A stretch of 63,962 nucleotides of DNA, filler included, from Chiloscyllium plagiosum (Eukaryota), in the NCBI RefSeq assembly GCF_004010195.1. It is 6 parts of one record of this genome, joined end to end, with 100 filler letters (N's around TTAATTAATTAA, not from the genome) between each part and the next. Parts side by side here need not be neighbours in the genome. Positions count along the whole stretch, not along the records: positions 55,968 to 63,962 come from NC_057716.1; 5 more parts are not named here. One strand, 5' to 3'. A model generated the notes under the pieces. That model had not been told where the DNA came from. It searched no databases and was given only the letters and a program-made list of their open reading frames with translations. Of this stretch, positions 61,690-63,962 are shown piece by piece. Every line of letters begins with the position of its first letter. Positions within the stretch are counted from its first letter, which is position 1. The translations under genes were made by a program, and so were the position numbers.

Positions 61690-63600
61690 AGAGTAGGTCA
61701 CTTAGCCCTTTGAGCCAGCTCCACCTTTTCAATAAGATCACAGCTAAACTGATTTTAATCTCAACTCTGCATTCCTGCATTTCCTTGATAATTTTTCATC
61801 TTCTTGGTAATCAAGAATCTATCTACCACTTCCTTAAAAGTATTTCCTGATTCTGCGATCACTGCCTTTTGAGGAAGGGAATTCAAAACATTGCAACCCT
61901 CAGATTTTTTTCATTATCTCTGCCTTGAATGTCTGCTTGTTATTTTTAAACTATAATCCATAGTTCTAGATTCTCCCACAAGAGGAAACATGCTTCCAAC
62001 ATTCACTCGGTCAAGTCCCCTCAGGGTCTTATATCGAATTAATTCACCTTTTGACTTTTATAAACCCCAGAAGATATAGGCCTAGTCTGTATAACCTTTC
62101 CTTGTGAAAAAAACCACTCTTTCCCGGTGTTAGTTCAGCTAACCTTCTCTGCACTGCTTCCAATGCGTTGACATTCTTTCCTAAGTATAATCACCAATCC
62201 TTTTTGCGGTACTCCAGATGTAGTGTTTCTCATACTTTGTATAACTGAAACGTAAACTCCCTCCTTTTTGCATTCAATTCCCATTACAATAAAACATGGC
62301 ATTCTATTAGATTTCTTTCTTGATATGCCTGCATACTAATCTTCTGCAATTCTTGCTCTAGGACACAAATTCTCACTGCTGAGATACAATGCTGCTTTTC
62401 TATTCTTGCTGCCAAAACAGACAATTTCACACTTTTCCACATTATACTGCATTTGCCAGATCTTTGTCCACTCAATTAACCAATCCATGTAGGCTCTATA
62501 TGTCCTCTTCCCAATTCATTTTCCTACATACCTTTGTGTCATCAGCAAATCAATCCCTTTGTTGCAAATCGTTTATGTAAAGTGTAAAGAGTTGAGGTCC
62601 CAGAGCCAATCGCTATGGCACACTATTCATGACACCCTGTCAGCCTGCAAAAGACCCATTTATTCCCTTTCTCTGCTTCCTGTTACCCAGCCAATCTCGA
62701 TTCATACCAATATGGTACTGCCACCTCCGTGCTTTGATTTTCAGATACCCTTTGATGTGGCACCTTATCAAACTCCTGGAATTTAAATGCACCATATCCA
62801 CTGGTTCCACCTATATCAACAACACAAGTTACTTCAAAGAATTCCAGTAAATGAGTTAAACATGATATGCAATTTACAAAACTATTTTGGCTCTGCCTGA
62901 TTACCTTAAACATTTCCTGAAGAAGGGCTTATGCCCGAAACGTCGATTCTCCTGTTCCCTGGATGCTGCCTGACCTGCTGCGCTTTTCCAGCAACACATT
63001 TCCAGCTCTGATCTCCAGCATCTGCAGACCTCACTTTCTCCTACCTTAAACATAATCAAGTTAAAACACATTTAATGATAGCGTCTAATTATCTCCCCTA
63101 CAGTAGATATATGAGAGAGTTTACACCATGTTTACACAATAAGAAAACATTTTACACAATAGGCCTGTAGTTCCCTGCTTTCTGTCTCCTTTTTTTGAAT
63201 ACCTTCCCCCAAGTCAAGTGAGTTTTGGAAAATTAAAACAAATGCATCAATTATCTCACTAACTACTTTTAAGACTCTAGGATGAAATCAAGCAGGACCT
63301 GGGGTCTTAAAAACTCGAGTTCCAACAGTTTACTCAGTATTACTTCCCTGGTAAATGTAATTTGCTTCAGTTCCTTCCTGACTCTTCTCACTGACTTGTG
63401 TGGTTCCAGGCCCAGCGATTCCTTAATTTTAAATTCTCATCCATGTTTTCTAGTGTCTCGACAGCCTCATCCCTAGAATTTCCTTCTGCCCTAGAATCTC
63501 TGGGATATATTAACTCCTATTCTGACCCTTTGAACATTGCCAATTTATATCCTTTTTCATTTGCAGCTGTGTCTTCCACTGATGAGGCTTTCCTAAATAT
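61690..63600 (-). mobile_element. Old decayed CR1 LINE in an HSPBAP1 intron
   Basis: Minus strand SCLTHLLEFFEVT...FQEFDKVPHQR; CCTTTGTGTCATCAGCAAA (FADDTK); 3' UTR at the 61690 end. Confidence 0.8.
62914..63041 (+). mobile_element. 128-bp PLE mini-insertion beginning with an intact hammerhead motif (62913-62948), 12-bp TSD
   Basis: TACCTTAAACAT at 62902-62913 and 63042-63053; CUGAAGA-A-GGGC-UUAU-GCCC-GAA-ACGU-C. Confidence 0.92.
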
Positions 63601-63962
63601 TTGCCTTCTCTCTCCTCCTCCTCCTCCAAGATATTCCTTAAAATGTAACTGTTCTCATAGCTGTCTGATAAACTGGTTTCCAGGTGGATGTCCTACTTGA
63701 ATTAGGTAAGTAAGGAAGAATCAGGGCACTTCAGTAGAAGATATTAAGCACAGGAGGTCCATCACCAACAGTTGCTTAGTAGTGTCACAGTTGAACAAAC
63801 TGGCCAAGTTCTAAACTTTACTTGTGAGGGAACCAATGAGACGGCCATGGGAGGTGATGGCCTAGCGGTATTATTGCTGGACTGTTAATCCAGATCATGT
63901 TCTGGTGACCTCTGTTCGAATCCTGCCACGGCAGATGATAGAATTTGAATTCAATAAAAAAA

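Noticed and set aside
8144..63041. Recurring CTGCAGATGCTGG...GCAGCATCC motif as a CRISPR or satellite array
   Set aside because: Dispersed, in both orientations, TSD-flanked and attached to GIY-YIG remnants: PLE termini in a vertebrate genome.

Overview
Repeat-dense vertebrate genomic DNA from a cartilaginous fish (shark-type HE1 and Deu-domain SINEs, abundant CR1 LINEs), built from several contigs. Five of the seven N-gaps carry an artificial TTAATTAATTAA filler. Genes: the complete intronless CDK5R2 (p39, 20985-21920, +), two internal exons of PDIA5 (-) and two internal exons of HSPBAP1 (+). The rest is mostly decayed CR1, Rex1/Babar and L2-like LINEs, SINEs, one solo LTR and many Penelope-like element (PLE) fragments. 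Main observations: (1) PLE 3' termini of about five distinct families each carry a minimal hammerhead-ribozyme core whose helices differ in sequence but keep pairing, including 93-128 bp TSD-flanked mini-copies; (2) two RE1/NRSE (REST) motifs downstream of CDK5R2 and a dense CCAAT cluster upstream; (3) a 203-bp-arm palindrome inside a CR1 whose two mismatches fit opposite decay of one CpG; (4) a PDIA5/HSPBAP1 juxtaposition that is probably a scaffolding misjoin. Repeat boundaries are approximate unless a TSD is quoted. All identifications are by eye, with no database search.
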